Below, in pieces: positions 31,303-40,588 of a stretch of DNA of 51,276 nucleotides. Source of the DNA: a bacterium UBP13_UBA5359 (GTDB lineage Bacteria; UBP13; UBA5359). The translations under genes and the position numbers were made by a program. The notes under the pieces were generated by a model. It had not been told where the DNA came from and did not search any database. It saw only the letters and a program-made list of their open reading frames with translations. Position 1 is the stretch's first letter; each line of letters opens with the position of its first letter. Where the stretch lies: positions 62,001 through 113,276 of the forward strand of contig DHPR01000019.1 in assembly GCA_002410925.1 (NCBI GenBank), in the 5' to 3' direction.

Positions 31303-32550
31303 CTAAGATTCGCGACAATGAGGAATTATATCGGAAAGCCAGTTACGAAGCCAGGCGACAAATGATTGCAACGGATTATCATCATGCTCTACCGTTCCGG
31401 TAAGTCCATGCCCGGCACCATAGCATACCAGCCCCACTCCGGTAGAGTATACAGGATTGGAAACCAAATCTATCAGACCATTGAGGCCGTAAGGCCGTCC
31501 TGTTCTTGCAGGCACACCGAGATAATTCTCCGCCATTGCTACCAACCCTTTGATCTGAGAGCCACCGCCGGTAAAGACAATCCCTCCGGGTAAAATATCC
31601 CTGCAGCCGGCTCCGGCTACTTCACGTCCTATAATGTCCAGCATCTCCCGTATTCTAGCCTCAATTATATCGCTTAACATGCCCGATGGTAATTGCCGAT
31701 CAGATTCTCCACTTATACTGGCAACCGGTATATGCTCATCCTCTTCCCTGTTTTCACGGCCAACCCTGCCGCGAGACAACTTTATTCTTTCTGCTTCTCC
31801 AATGGGCGTACTCAATCCCACAGCTATATCATGCGTCACATGATTACCGCCCACAGGTATCACAGAACTATAATAGATACTTCCATCCATAAAAATAGCT
31901 AAATCTGTAGTTCCGCCACCGATATCAGCCAGAATTACCCCCAGTTCACGTTCATCTTCATTCAATACGGCTTCACATGAAGCTATAGGCTCAAGCACAA
32001 TATCATCTATGGCTATGCCGGCTCTTTCCACACTCTTGATAAGGTTGCGAATGGCTGCGGATGAACCGGTAACTACATGCGCCTCCACCTCCAGGAGAGA
32101 TCCATGCATACCTACCGGATCATGTATGCCCTCCTGCCCGTCTATAATGTAACTGCGCGGAATAGCATGCAGTATCTCCATATCAGATGTCAGATCTACA
32201 GCCCGAGCGCTGGTCAACGCTCGCTCTACGTCATCCTCGGTTATTTCCTTATCCTGCCCGGTAACAGCCACCATGCCACGATTGTTTTTGGAAAGAATAT
32301 GATTGCCCGTAAGGCCTACTACTGCAGAATCGATCTTAAAGCCACACATGGCCTCAGCTTTGGCCTTTGCAGTCGATATAGCAACGGCAGCCTTATCGAT
32401 ATCATTCACCATGCCCTTTACCATTCCATCGGATGGTGCCGAGCCAAGACCTATGATACTTAAGGAGCCGTTATCTTCAATCTGAGCTACAATAAAGCAA
32501 ATCTTCGTTGTGCCTACATCCAGGCCAACAACCCTGTCGGTAACTTTCAA
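31303..32550 (-). CDS. ftsA: Cell division protein FtsA
   Basis: [43 protein letters not shown]. Confidence 0.97.
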   Translation of the reverse strand: MKVTDRVVGLDVGTTKICFIVAQIEDNGSLSIIGLGSAPSDGMVKGMVNDIDKAAVAISTAKAKAEAMCGFKIDSAVVGLTGNHILSKNNRGMVAVTGQDKEITEDDVERALTSARAVDLTSDMEILHAIPRSYIIDGQEGIHDPVGMHGSLLEVEAHVVTGSSAAIRNLIKSVERAGIAIDDIVLEPIASCEAVLNEDERELGVILADIGGGTTDLAIFMDGSIYYSSVIPVGGNHVTHDIAVGLSTPIGEAERIKLSRGRVGRENREEDEHIPVASISGESDRQLPSGMLSDIIEARIREMLDIIGREVAGAGCRDILPGGIVFTGGGSQIKGLVAMAENYLGVPARTGRPYGLNGLIDLVSNPVYSTGVGLVCYGAGHGLTGTVEHDDNPLQSFVAWLRNWLSDIIPHCRES

Positions 32551-32599
32551 CGGTTCACCTCCCCCCCTGCTTTTATTACATATACTGCATTAACAGCAT

Positions 32600-33007
32600 C
32601 TATTCCTGCTTTGCAGAAAATTCCGCATCCGTTCTAGGTGCCAGGCTATCAAGAACCCCGGCATCACGCTTTGACAGGCTTTCCAATATGAAACGCCGTA
32701 AGCTAGCCAGATTCTGAAAGATGCGCACCCCAAAGGCAAAAACAGCAGCCATATAAAGAGGGATACCGTATTGATCTCCCAAATATGCCAGAGCTGCAGC
32801 CAACAAGGCATTGGCAAAGAAACCGGAAACGAAAATAGAGCTTTTGAAACGATGCTCGGAAACCGATCTTAACCCACCCAGCACAGAATCCAACCCAGCC
32901 AGCAGAGCCACACCCATATAAGTAGCATACTGCAAAGGAACGGTTACCTGAAATTTATAGAAAAACAAACCGAAGGTAATAACAAAAGAGAGTACGGGGA
33001 GCCACAT
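32600..33007 (-). CDS. Small basic protein (DUF1290/Sbp family)
   Basis: LAGLDSVLGG, FVSGFFANALLA, AAVFAFGVRIFQNLA; typical position before ftsA. Confidence 0.9.
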   Translation of the reverse strand: MWLPVLSFVITFGLFFYKFQVTVPLQYATYMGVALLAGLDSVLGGLRSVSEHRFKSSIFVSGFFANALLAAALAYLGDQYGIPLYMAAVFAFGVRIFQNLASLRRFILESLSKRDAGVLDSLAPRTDAEFSAKQE

Positions 33008-33726
33008 TACTTTATATCCTCCTTAGCCGGCACCGGCGCAGCAAATTTACCGGCTACAGTTCCCCTGTAGGGCGGAACGAGCACTTCGGCAGATTTGGTC
33101 ACCCTGACCCGTATACTCCAGGACTTAAGAGTTTCCAATATTTTGCCTCTCATCAATAGCGAGCTTTCAAGTATTTTTTCATCGCCGATGGCTTTTATTA
33201 CATAGGGCGGAACCAGTTTTTTATTATTCACCAGAATAGTCGTACCGGCACAGTCTATACCGGTAGTAGCAATCATCCTCTGATCATTTATAGATACGGC
33301 CTCGGCCCCGGCAGCAAAGAGCTCATTGGATATTTTCAGCAAGTCCTCCTCATGTATGAGAAAGAGATTGGGATCCTCTCCAGGCTCCGGCTTGACAGCG
33401 GAATCATCAAGGCGAATAACAATCCCCGGGCCCTTGACAGCGGCAAAGCCGGCCTTTACCTTAATGTTCCGAATCTCTTCCGAGATGCTCTTGAAAAGAT
33501 TCCTGCCTCTGGCGGCATCCTCTAATTTATCTTTCAGATCAGCGTTCTCTTTTATCAGTGCCTTCTTTTCGTCCTCCAGGTCCTTGAGCATCATAGCCAT
33601 CTCTTCTACTCTTCTGGTAGGAACAATATTATGTATGGCGCTCTGTGTCCTGATCTGTATGGCCAATAATGCCCCCAGAACAGCACAAACCAGCGAGACC
33701 GAGATCTGCCACTCCAGCAGCTTCAA
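33007..33726 (-). CDS. DUF881 family division-cluster protein
   Basis: N-terminal TM plus coiled coil, VKGPGIVIRLDD, NELFAAGAEAVSINDQR, PYVIKAIGD. Confidence 0.92.
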   Translation of the reverse strand: MKLLEWQISVSLVCAVLGALLAIQIRTQSAIHNIVPTRRVEEMAMMLKDLEDEKKALIKENADLKDKLEDAARGRNLFKSISEEIRNIKVKAGFAAVKGPGIVIRLDDSAVKPEPGEDPNLFLIHEEDLLKISNELFAAGAEAVSINDQRMIATTGIDCAGTTILVNNKKLVPPYVIKAIGDEKILESSLLMRGKILETLKSWSIRVRVTKSAEVLVPPYRGTVAGKFAAPVPAKEDIK

Positions 33727-33806
33727 TCTGGTTCATCCTCATTCGTTAGTTGTTGCATCGACACCAGGCTCATGCCGTTTATAACCTGCAGACTATAAAA
33801 CAACCG

Positions 33807-34553
33807 TTAATCGCCGTACTTGACCACCGGATTATTGCCGAAACGTACATCTATATACTCTATGCTGCGCCCCTGCTCTTTGACCGACTTATAGATCTCT
33901 GAGGCCAGACGCAAACGCCTATTTATAATTTCCTGATTGTCAAAATTCCCCAGCAAAATCCTGCCTTCTTTAATATATAAACATAAATACCCCTTTTTAT
34001 CAACATCAATCTTCTTAGGCATATCGACCAAATAACTATAGGCGGCCACGAGAGTATAGAGCATGCTGTCAAGATGCTTTGCCTTGATACGATGTCCTAT
34101 AACTATCCGTTTCAAATTCGGCAGATCTACGAAAGGCAAATGTTCAGCATCCTGCAATACACCTTTACCGACAGCATAGCCTTCGGCATCGATCTGATAA
34201 AAAACATCCTCTTTCAGCAACAGAGCTACCGGGCGTCGTTCTTCCACTTTTATAACCAGCGTTGACGGCAGACGCCGCCATACCTTTACAGTCTTTACGC
34301 CAGGATGCGACTTTATACGAAAGGCGATATCTCTAAGAGGCAGCGAGAAGATATTATTATGAAAATTAATGCCGCTCAAATGCAATATCTCCGTACGAGA
34401 AACCTGATGATTGCCCTGCACCTCTACCAAACGCAGATCAAAAAGCGGTGATGTCATGATCGAAAACAGGGCGGCATAGGCAACACAAACCAATAAAAGG
34501 TTCTTGAAACGCCTCCCGGCAGCAGACCACCCTCTCTTTTCTCCCCGCTTCAT
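33807..34553 (-). CDS. ftsQ: Cell division protein FtsQ/DivIB
   Basis: Basic N-tail, single TM, POTRA domain (VEVQGN...VWRRLPSTLVIKVEER), C-terminal YIDVRF. Confidence 0.9.
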   Translation of the reverse strand: MKRGEKRGWSAAGRRFKNLLLVCVAYAALFSIMTSPLFDLRLVEVQGNHQVSRTEILHLSGINFHNNIFSLPLRDIAFRIKSHPGVKTVKVWRRLPSTLVIKVEERRPVALLLKEDVFYQIDAEGYAVGKGVLQDAEHLPFVDLPNLKRIVIGHRIKAKHLDSMLYTLVAAYSYLVDMPKKIDVDKKGYLCLYIKEGRILLGNFDNQEIINRRLRLASEIYKSVKEQGRSIEYIDVRFGNNPVVKYGD

Positions 34554-34663
34554 ACGCTTGCTATCTCCTCTACCTGCACCGGCGCCTGTCGACAGGCGCC
34601 GGTGTAAAGTTCTTTTACCAGACGCTGAGACATCCGCCTGCGCTCCGTAAGCTTCGCTTCCAT
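34550..34663 (-). CDS. Putative 37-aa small protein between ddl and ftsQ
   Basis: Not in the ORF track. MEAKLTERRRMSQRLVKELYTGACRQAPVQVEEIASV; purine-rich RBS GAGGAAAGGGG; its TGA overlaps the ftsQ ATG (ATGA). Confidence 0.45.
   Translation of the reverse strand: MEAKLTERRRMSQRLVKELYTGACRQAPVQVEEIASV
34577..34604. repeat. Perfect 28-bp palindrome
   Basis: CACCGGCGCCTGTC|GACAGGCGCCGGTG is its own reverse complement. Confidence 0.95.
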
Positions 34664-34691
34664 CAGGCGCCCCTTTCCTCTTCCAGACCTC

Positions 34692-35609
34692 TTATCCCCT
34701 TAGCATTGCGCTATCAACAATCCTTTCCAGTAATTCGTTGAAAGAGATGCCGGCAGCGGCGGCGGCCTTGGGAAGAAGACTTGTTTCCGTCATACCCGGC
34801 AAGGTATTAATCTCCAGCAACCATATTCTATCCTTGGATATAATGAAATCCGCTCTGGCTATATCCCGGCATCCGATAACTTCAAAAGCCTTAATCGCCG
34901 CCTGTGCCAGTGCTCTCTTCGTATCTTCGGATAATTCGGCTGGAACTATATATTTCGTGGCTCCCTTGGTATATTTTGCCTGATAATCGTAAAATCCTTT
35001 ATTCGGCACCACTTCCACCGCCGGCAGTGCTTCGGGAGGAGTACCATCCAGCAGAGCCACCGTTACCTCACGCCCGCCGACATACTGCTCCAACAAGACA
35101 GCTTCATCCAGTTCAAACGCTTGCTCAAGCGCCGCTTCCAATGCCCTTTCATCTTCCGCTATGCTTATGCCAATGGTCGATCCCAGTCCCGCCGGCTTGA
35201 CTACCACAGGCCAGAATTCCGAATTAGAGCAGAAATCAGCAATGCGTTTATATTGGAATTTTGTTAAAGCATACCATTTCGGCGTTTCCAATCCGGCAGC
35301 CTGAAATAGTCTTTTGGAAACGATCTTGTTCATGGCCATAGCACTGGCGCAGACCCCTGACCCGGTGTATAAGATGCCCATAACTTCAAAAGCACCCTGG
35401 ATAATGCCGTTCTCGCCCTTACCGCCATGCAGAGCATTGAAAACCAGATCAGGAGCTGCCTTCTGCAAAGCCCCTGAGGCCAGGGCATCTATGTCACATT
35501 CAATAACTTCGTGTCCCAGCTCCCGCAAACCCTTAGCTACAGCTGCTCCCGTACATAACGACACTTCCCGTTCCGGAGAATCTCCTCCTCTAATAACCAT
35601 CAAACGCAT
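34692..35609 (-). CDS. ddl: D-alanine--D-alanine ligase
   Basis: GGDSPEREVS, ALHGGKGENG, GSTIG, YDYQAKY, LEINTLPGMT. ATG 35609 with a GGAGG RBS inside the 3' end of dnaB. Confidence 0.95.
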   Translation of the reverse strand: MRLMVIRGGDSPEREVSLCTGAAVAKGLRELGHEVIECDIDALASGALQKAAPDLVFNALHGGKGENGIIQGAFEVMGILYTGSGVCASAMAMNKIVSKRLFQAAGLETPKWYALTKFQYKRIADFCSNSEFWPVVVKPAGLGSTIGISIAEDERALEAALEQAFELDEAVLLEQYVGGREVTVALLDGTPPEALPAVEVVPNKGFYDYQAKYTKGATKYIVPAELSEDTKRALAQAAIKAFEVIGCRDIARADFIISKDRIWLLEINTLPGMTETSLLPKAAAAAGISFNELLERIVDSAMLRG

Positions 35610-36954
35610 CGGGTTCCTCCATGTGCTCTTCAAGATTTTCAAATTTCGTATATTCAGCCCGGAAACAGAGATTGAGCTCACCTACAGGACCGTGCCGATG
35701 TTTTGCCAGAGTTATCCGAGCTATATTGGTGGGCTCATCCTCTCTGTTGTAATAATCCTCTCTATAGATAAAGAGAACAAGATCAGCAGTCTGTTCCAGC
35801 TCACCGGACTCCCTTAGATCGCTGAGCATAGGCGTTTTTTCATCTCGCTTCTCCACCGCCCGGCTGAGCTGAGACAGGGCCACAACGGGTATATCGAGCT
35901 CTCGAGCCAGACTTTTGAGAGACCTGACTATCTCGGATATTTCTTGGACCCTATTATCTGTACGTTGATTTCCCCTGGCCAGTTGCAAGAAGTCTATAAC
36001 GATCATACCCAATCCCTGCTCGGCCTTCAATCGGCGGGCTTTGGCCCGCATTTCCAGCACAGAGATGGCCGAAGTATCGTCAATATATATCGGTGTTTCT
36101 GACAAACGTCCTATGGCTCTGGCCAGCTTAGGCCAATCGTCGTCATTTAGATAGCCTGTACGCAAACGATATGAATCCACCATGGCTTCAGAACAGAGGA
36201 GCCGATGCACAAGCTGTTCTTTGCTCATCTCCAGACTGAAGACGGCCACCGGCTGTTTGGAATCTCTAGCTACATTGCAAGCTATATTCAAAGCAAAGCT
36301 GGTCTTGCCCATAGCCGGCCTGGCAGCGATAATTATCAAATCCGAAGGATGAAAACCGGAAGTCATCCTGTCAAGCTCAAAAAACCCGGTAGGCATTCCG
36401 CCGGAAGAACCCTTTTCATGATACTGCTTATCTATTTGATCAAAAGAATCGCGAATAATATCCTTGATAGGATAGAAATTCTGGACGTGCCGGCGCTGAC
36501 CCACATTGAAAATCAATTGTTCGGCCGCATCCACTATCGGATCAGGGTCCTCCACATCCTCATAGCCCATGGCCACTATTTTTGTAGCTGCGCTTATCAG
36601 ATGTCTTAGCACTGATTTGCGTCCTACTATACGAGCGTAATATTCAATATTGGCCGAAGTAGGCACAATGTTCATCAGAGTGGTCAGATAAGCCACGCCA
36701 CCGGCGTTATCCAGCTCTCCCCTGCCTCTCAGCTCCTCAGTCAGGGTGATGATATCGACAGGCTCTCCCCTTTCGAACAAGTTGCAAATACCGATAAATA
36801 TCAGCTTGTGTGCCTCGCGATAAAAATCATCAGCCGCCACATACTCCATAGCTTTGGCTACAGCATCGCGATCTATGAGCATAGAACCCAGCGTTGATTG
36901 TTCTGCCTCCAGGCTCTGCGGCGGCACGCGTTCGATTACTCTGTTCTGACTCAC
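35590..36954 (-). CDS. dnaB: Replicative DNA helicase
   Basis: PPQSLEAEQ, AARPAMGKT, FSLEMS, IDFLQL, LSQLSR, DLRESGELEQ. GTG start 36954 with a GAGGAG RBS; ORF open to 36972. Confidence 0.97.
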   Translation of the reverse strand: MSQNRVIERVPPQSLEAEQSTLGSMLIDRDAVAKAMEYVAADDFYREAHKLIFIGICNLFERGEPVDIITLTEELRGRGELDNAGGVAYLTTLMNIVPTSANIEYYARIVGRKSVLRHLISAATKIVAMGYEDVEDPDPIVDAAEQLIFNVGQRRHVQNFYPIKDIIRDSFDQIDKQYHEKGSSGGMPTGFFELDRMTSGFHPSDLIIIAARPAMGKTSFALNIACNVARDSKQPVAVFSLEMSKEQLVHRLLCSEAMVDSYRLRTGYLNDDDWPKLARAIGRLSETPIYIDDTSAISVLEMRAKARRLKAEQGLGMIVIDFLQLARGNQRTDNRVQEISEIVRSLKSLARELDIPVVALSQLSRAVEKRDEKTPMLSDLRESGELEQTADLVLFIYREDYYNREDEPTNIARITLAKHRHGPVGELNLCFRAEYTKFENLEEHMEEPDAFDGY

Positions 36955-37004
36955 TCTATCTCCTCTTTCCATCTCTATAGCTTTTCAGCTAAACTCCTAA
37001 GCAG

Positions 37005-37457
37005 TTAAACAGCTTCGGCGGCTACCTCAACCTTTATCGTAGCCGTAATACCGGCATAAAGGCGAACAATAACTTCATACGTTCCCAATGTTCTTATCTG
37101 CTCCTTGATATCGAAATTATGACGATCGATAGCAAGGCCGGTGCTCTGCTTTACGGCATCGGCTACTTCCCTGGTGGATACGGAACCATAAAGCTTACCC
37201 TTCTCTCCTGCCTTAACCGGACAGGTTATCGTCTTGCCATCAAGCTTAGCTGCAAGCTCCCGGGCTTCATCCTTCTCTCTGGCTATACGATTGCTTTCAG
37301 CTTTGGCACTCTGCTCCGCCCGGTTGATATTCTCCCTGGTAGCCGGAGCAGCTAAGCCGCGGCCGATAAGATAATTGCGTCCATAACCATCGGAAACCTC
37401 GACTATATCGCCTTTACGGCCCACTTTCCTGACATCCTGGGTAAGCACTACCTTCAT
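37005..37457 (-). CDS. rplI: 50S ribosomal protein L9
   Basis: MKVVLTQDV..VG.KGDIVEVSDGYGRNYLI, GKLYGSVS; real start at 37457 (150 aa). Confidence 0.96.
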   Translation of the reverse strand: MKVVLTQDVRKVGRKGDIVEVSDGYGRNYLIGRGLAAPATRENINRAEQSAKAESNRIAREKDEARELAAKLDGKTITCPVKAGEKGKLYGSVSTREVADAVKQSTGLAIDRHNFDIKEQIRTLGTYEVIVRLYAGITATIKVEVAAEAV

Positions 37458-37533
37458 ATCTTTGGACTCCCCTCTTCGCCCCTGCGGCGGCGATTGCTCA
37501 ATTTCAGATACATATCTTTGAGTTCTATCATCT

Positions 37534-38802
37534 CTACGGCGTAAATCTGACACCGATTGCACTTTGAGCGTCATTTAATATATTTCTGATACCGACATGC
37601 AAATTCCATTTATTGCCTATCTTATAATATCCCAGCAGATTGAGCTGTGGATCTGAAATATTATACAGCTCGGTGCTCAGTTTGAGACGGCTGCCGGGAA
37701 GTATATCCAACGCCGTACCTATGCTGGATTCTATGACGCCGACCCGCAATATCTGCCGGGGGTTGAATTGGCGTCCTACCTGTAGATTAAGCTTGCTTTT
37801 CTCATTAACATCAGCCAGGCCCAACAGGTAGAATTTGTCTCCGGGCGGGCGCAGCAATAGATTGACATCGCCCCTGAAGCGCTGTTCACGTCCGATATAA
37901 CTCATATCGAAATAGGGTTCTGCCCTGGTATTGGAGATCTTCTTGACTAAATCCATAGTTAAATTGATAGAGTCAGCCGTCTTCTTTACCTCCCTGACAG
38001 CATCTTTAAAGTCGGATCGGAAGGCCTCGTCACCCACAACGGCGTTAACGTTATCCATAACAATCCCGGCTTTTTCACCGGCCGTTTTGATGTTCTTTAC
38101 GGCTTGTTTGGTATCGTTGACAAGAGCCTTGTCCTGCGCCACCTTCAGTATAGCGCTCGAAGTGTCACGCAGATTGGCGGACATGATGTTCAAATTATCC
38201 ACCATACTGCCGACATCGGATCGGTTGGACGCCAGCATAGCATTCAACACTTCGGCTGCTTCTGCAGATCTCTCGGCAGTCCGCCGAAGGCTGCTTACAG
38301 ATGCTTTGAAATCACGCTGCAGCATCGGATCACCTATCAGACCGTTGATAGCTTCCAAAGCAACCGAAGCCCGGCTCATAATCTCATCGGTATATACCAG
38401 CAACTGATCAACGCGTATCGGCGATACCCCATTGATCACATCCCCCGGTCTGATCAGAGCCCCATTTCTAGTATCGGGTATGATATCGATAAACTTATCA
38501 GCGATCAGAACGCCCGAACTTATATTATAAAAATAATCATTGTAGAGCTTTACATCGGAATTTACCCAAATACCCACCTTTGCTTTTTGAGAATCCGATA
38601 TGGCCACCTCAGTTACCCGCCCCACATCCACACCGGCCAGGCGTACCGGGGCGCCCTTTTGAATGCCGGCGCCGTAATCGTAGAGGATGGCAAATTCATA
38701 TCCCTTCTTCTCCAGGCCATAACCGCCTATACGATAGATTACGCCAAAAAGGAGAAGAAAGGCCACTATCGTTATAATTCCAACTTTTGCTTCCGAACTC
38801 AT
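37534..38802 (-). CDS. mlaD: Long MlaD/MCE family protein
   Basis: EAKVG plus TM, MCE domain (GAPVRLAGVDVGRV, DKFIDIIP), long helical middle, beta-strand-like C-terminus; follows mlaE-mlaF. Confidence 0.9.
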   Translation of the reverse strand: MSSEAKVGIITIVAFLLLFGVIYRIGGYGLEKKGYEFAILYDYGAGIQKGAPVRLAGVDVGRVTEVAISDSQKAKVGIWVNSDVKLYNDYFYNISSGVLIADKFIDIIPDTRNGALIRPGDVINGVSPIRVDQLLVYTDEIMSRASVALEAINGLIGDPMLQRDFKASVSSLRRTAERSAEAAEVLNAMLASNRSDVGSMVDNLNIMSANLRDTSSAILKVAQDKALVNDTKQAVKNIKTAGEKAGIVMDNVNAVVGDEAFRSDFKDAVREVKKTADSINLTMDLVKKISNTRAEPYFDMSYIGREQRFRGDVNLLLRPPGDKFYLLGLADVNEKSKLNLQVGRQFNPRQILRVGVIESSIGTALDILPGSRLKLSTELYNISDPQLNLLGYYKIGNKWNLHVGIRNILNDAQSAIGVRFTP

Positions 38803-38809
38803 AATTAAA

Positions 38810-39565
38810 TCAACCTCCCAGACCGAGCTTGATAGGCCCTTCCGCCCGACCTTGAAGAAATTGCTCTACCAGCGGATCCCCCGTATTTCTGATTTCCTCC
38901 ACCGTGCCTTTGGCCCTGACACTGCCTTCATGCAGCATAACAACCCTATCAGAAAGAGCATAAACTGTCGGCATATGGTGTGTCACTATGACCATGGTCG
39001 GATGAAGATGCTGCTGCAAAGCAGCTATCTTCTCCTCGATGGTGCTGGTAGTGACCGGGTCCAGACCCGTTGTCGGCTCGTCAAAGAGCAATATTTCCGG
39101 TTCCAGAGCTAGAGCTCTGGCCAGAGCAACCCGCTTCTGCATACCACCGGAAAGCTCCGCAGGATAAAGAGCTTCCGTTCCTTCAAGCCCTACCAGCCCC
39201 AGCTTCTCCGCCACCTTGAGCGCTGTTTCCTGCCGTGTCAGCGAAGTATGCTGCCGTAGCGGGAAAGCTACGTTATCACCTACAGTCATGGAATCAAAGA
39301 GCGCTCCGTACTGGAAGACCATGCCCATCCTGCGACGTACTCGATTCAGCGCTGTCTCTTCCAAAAGGGTGATATCCTCATCTTCAATGTAAATATGCCC
39401 GGAGGTGGGTCGCAACAAGCCTATTATATGTCGCAACAAGGTACTCTTGCCGCAACCGCTGAGCCCGATAATGGAAACCACCTCTCCACGCGCCACCGTC
39501 ATGTTTATATCGCTCAGCACCCGCCGGGCACCGAAATCCTTGCTTACCCCCTCTATCCTGATCAT
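38810..39565 (-). CDS. mlaF: MlaF-type ABC transporter ATP-binding protein
   Basis: GLSGCGKS, FQYGALFDS, LSGGMQKRVALAR, FDEPTTGLDP. Confidence 0.92.
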   Translation of the reverse strand: MIRIEGVSKDFGARRVLSDINMTVARGEVVSIIGLSGCGKSTLLRHIIGLLRPTSGHIYIEDEDITLLEETALNRVRRRMGMVFQYGALFDSMTVGDNVAFPLRQHTSLTRQETALKVAEKLGLVGLEGTEALYPAELSGGMQKRVALARALALEPEILLFDEPTTGLDPVTTSTIEEKIAALQQHLHPTMVIVTHHMPTVYALSDRVVMLHEGSVRAKGTVEEIRNTGDPLVEQFLQGRAEGPIKLGLGG

Positions 39566-40368
39566 AACTGCACCTGCCCGCCGGGAAAGAGCAAGACAGA
39601 TAGAAAATAGTTGACTATATATATCCAGATGATGGACGCCACCACTGCCGAAGTTATAGTCCGGCCGACACCGGCGGCACCCCCCCGGGTATTAAGACCC
39701 TTTTGGCAGCTCGTAACGGCTATCAGACCACCGAAAACCACCGCCTTGATCAATCCTCCCCATACATCTCGAACTGTCAGAAAAGAGAGCATAGAGCTTT
39801 TATAAACCGTCGGATTAACCCCGGCCGAAAAGACGGCTACTAAATAGCCCCCCGCCACGCCCATCAATCCGGCAAAAACCGTCAGCACCGGCAGCATAGC
39901 CAGGCAAGCCACCAGCCTGGGAGTTACCAGATACTTCACCGGACTGACTGCCAGCGAACGCAAAGCGTCTATCTGTTCTGTTACCTGCATGGAACCTATC
40001 TCCGCCGCTATGGAAGAACCTACCCGGGCTACCACTACCACTGCCGTTAGCACAGGTGCTATCTCCCTGGCCACAGAAACAGCCACCATACCACCCACAT
40101 AAGAACTGGCGCCAAAGCGCACAAACTGAGTAGCAGTGTGATAAGCCAGAACCATAGCGCTGAAGGCAACCGTCACCAGCACTATAGGCATGGAGTTGTA
40201 ACCTATCAACGACATCTGATTGATGATCTCTTTATAGTTCTGTCTGCCGGTAAATCCCTGATACACGGCCTGAACCAGCAGCAGAAAAGCTGCACCCATG
40301 GTCGCCAGATAACGCTCCACCAAACGCCCTACGTGCTCAAAAAAATCTGTGATGGCGAATAATCTCAT
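39562..40368 (-). CDS. mlaE: MlaE-type ABC transporter permease
   Basis: REIAPVLTA, AAEIGSMQVTEQIDALRSL, GGAAGVGR. Confidence 0.93.
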   Translation of the reverse strand: MRLFAITDFFEHVGRLVERYLATMGAAFLLLVQAVYQGFTGRQNYKEIINQMSLIGYNSMPIVLVTVAFSAMVLAYHTATQFVRFGASSYVGGMVAVSVAREIAPVLTAVVVVARVGSSIAAEIGSMQVTEQIDALRSLAVSPVKYLVTPRLVACLAMLPVLTVFAGLMGVAGGYLVAVFSAGVNPTVYKSSMLSFLTVRDVWGGLIKAVVFGGLIAVTSCQKGLNTRGGAAGVGRTITSAVVASIIWIYIVNYFLSVLLFPGGQVQL

Positions 40369-40475
40369 CCGTTACCTCCATTCCCTGCACGGACCGCAAT
40401 GCCATCCTTTTACCGGCCTATATCCAGGCTGTCTCCACAGACGGCTACCTAGCGCCATATTTATGCTGTTAAGAG

Positions 40476-40493
40476 TTATCATTACAATGATAA
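40476..40493. promoter_or_regulatory. Operator-like inverted repeat in the mlaE leader
   Basis: TTATCATT-AC-AATGATAA, perfect 8-bp arms. Confidence 0.45.
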
Positions 40494-40518
40494 AGGGCAT
40501 CTCGATCGCACTATTATT

Positions 40519-40553
40519 TATATTCTAGTGTATATGGGCCTATCCTGCAATGG
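40519..40553 (-). promoter_or_regulatory. Promoter-like repeat, copy 1 (upstream of mlaE)
   Basis: Minus strand TTGCAG-17 nt-TAGAAT; near-identical to 43835-43870. Confidence 0.65.
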
Positions 40554-40588
40554 GAGGAATTTAAACGCGAATGTTTCTATTACAATAA

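Noticed and set aside
35590-36972. Intein in DnaB
   Set aside because: Normal length, with contiguous helicase motifs.
37458-37574. N-terminal extension of L9 (similar extensions on ddl, hydF, mreB and PfkB in the ORF track)
   Set aside because: Downstream starts coincide with the family N-termini and mostly have better RBSs; the extensions are longest-ORF artefacts.
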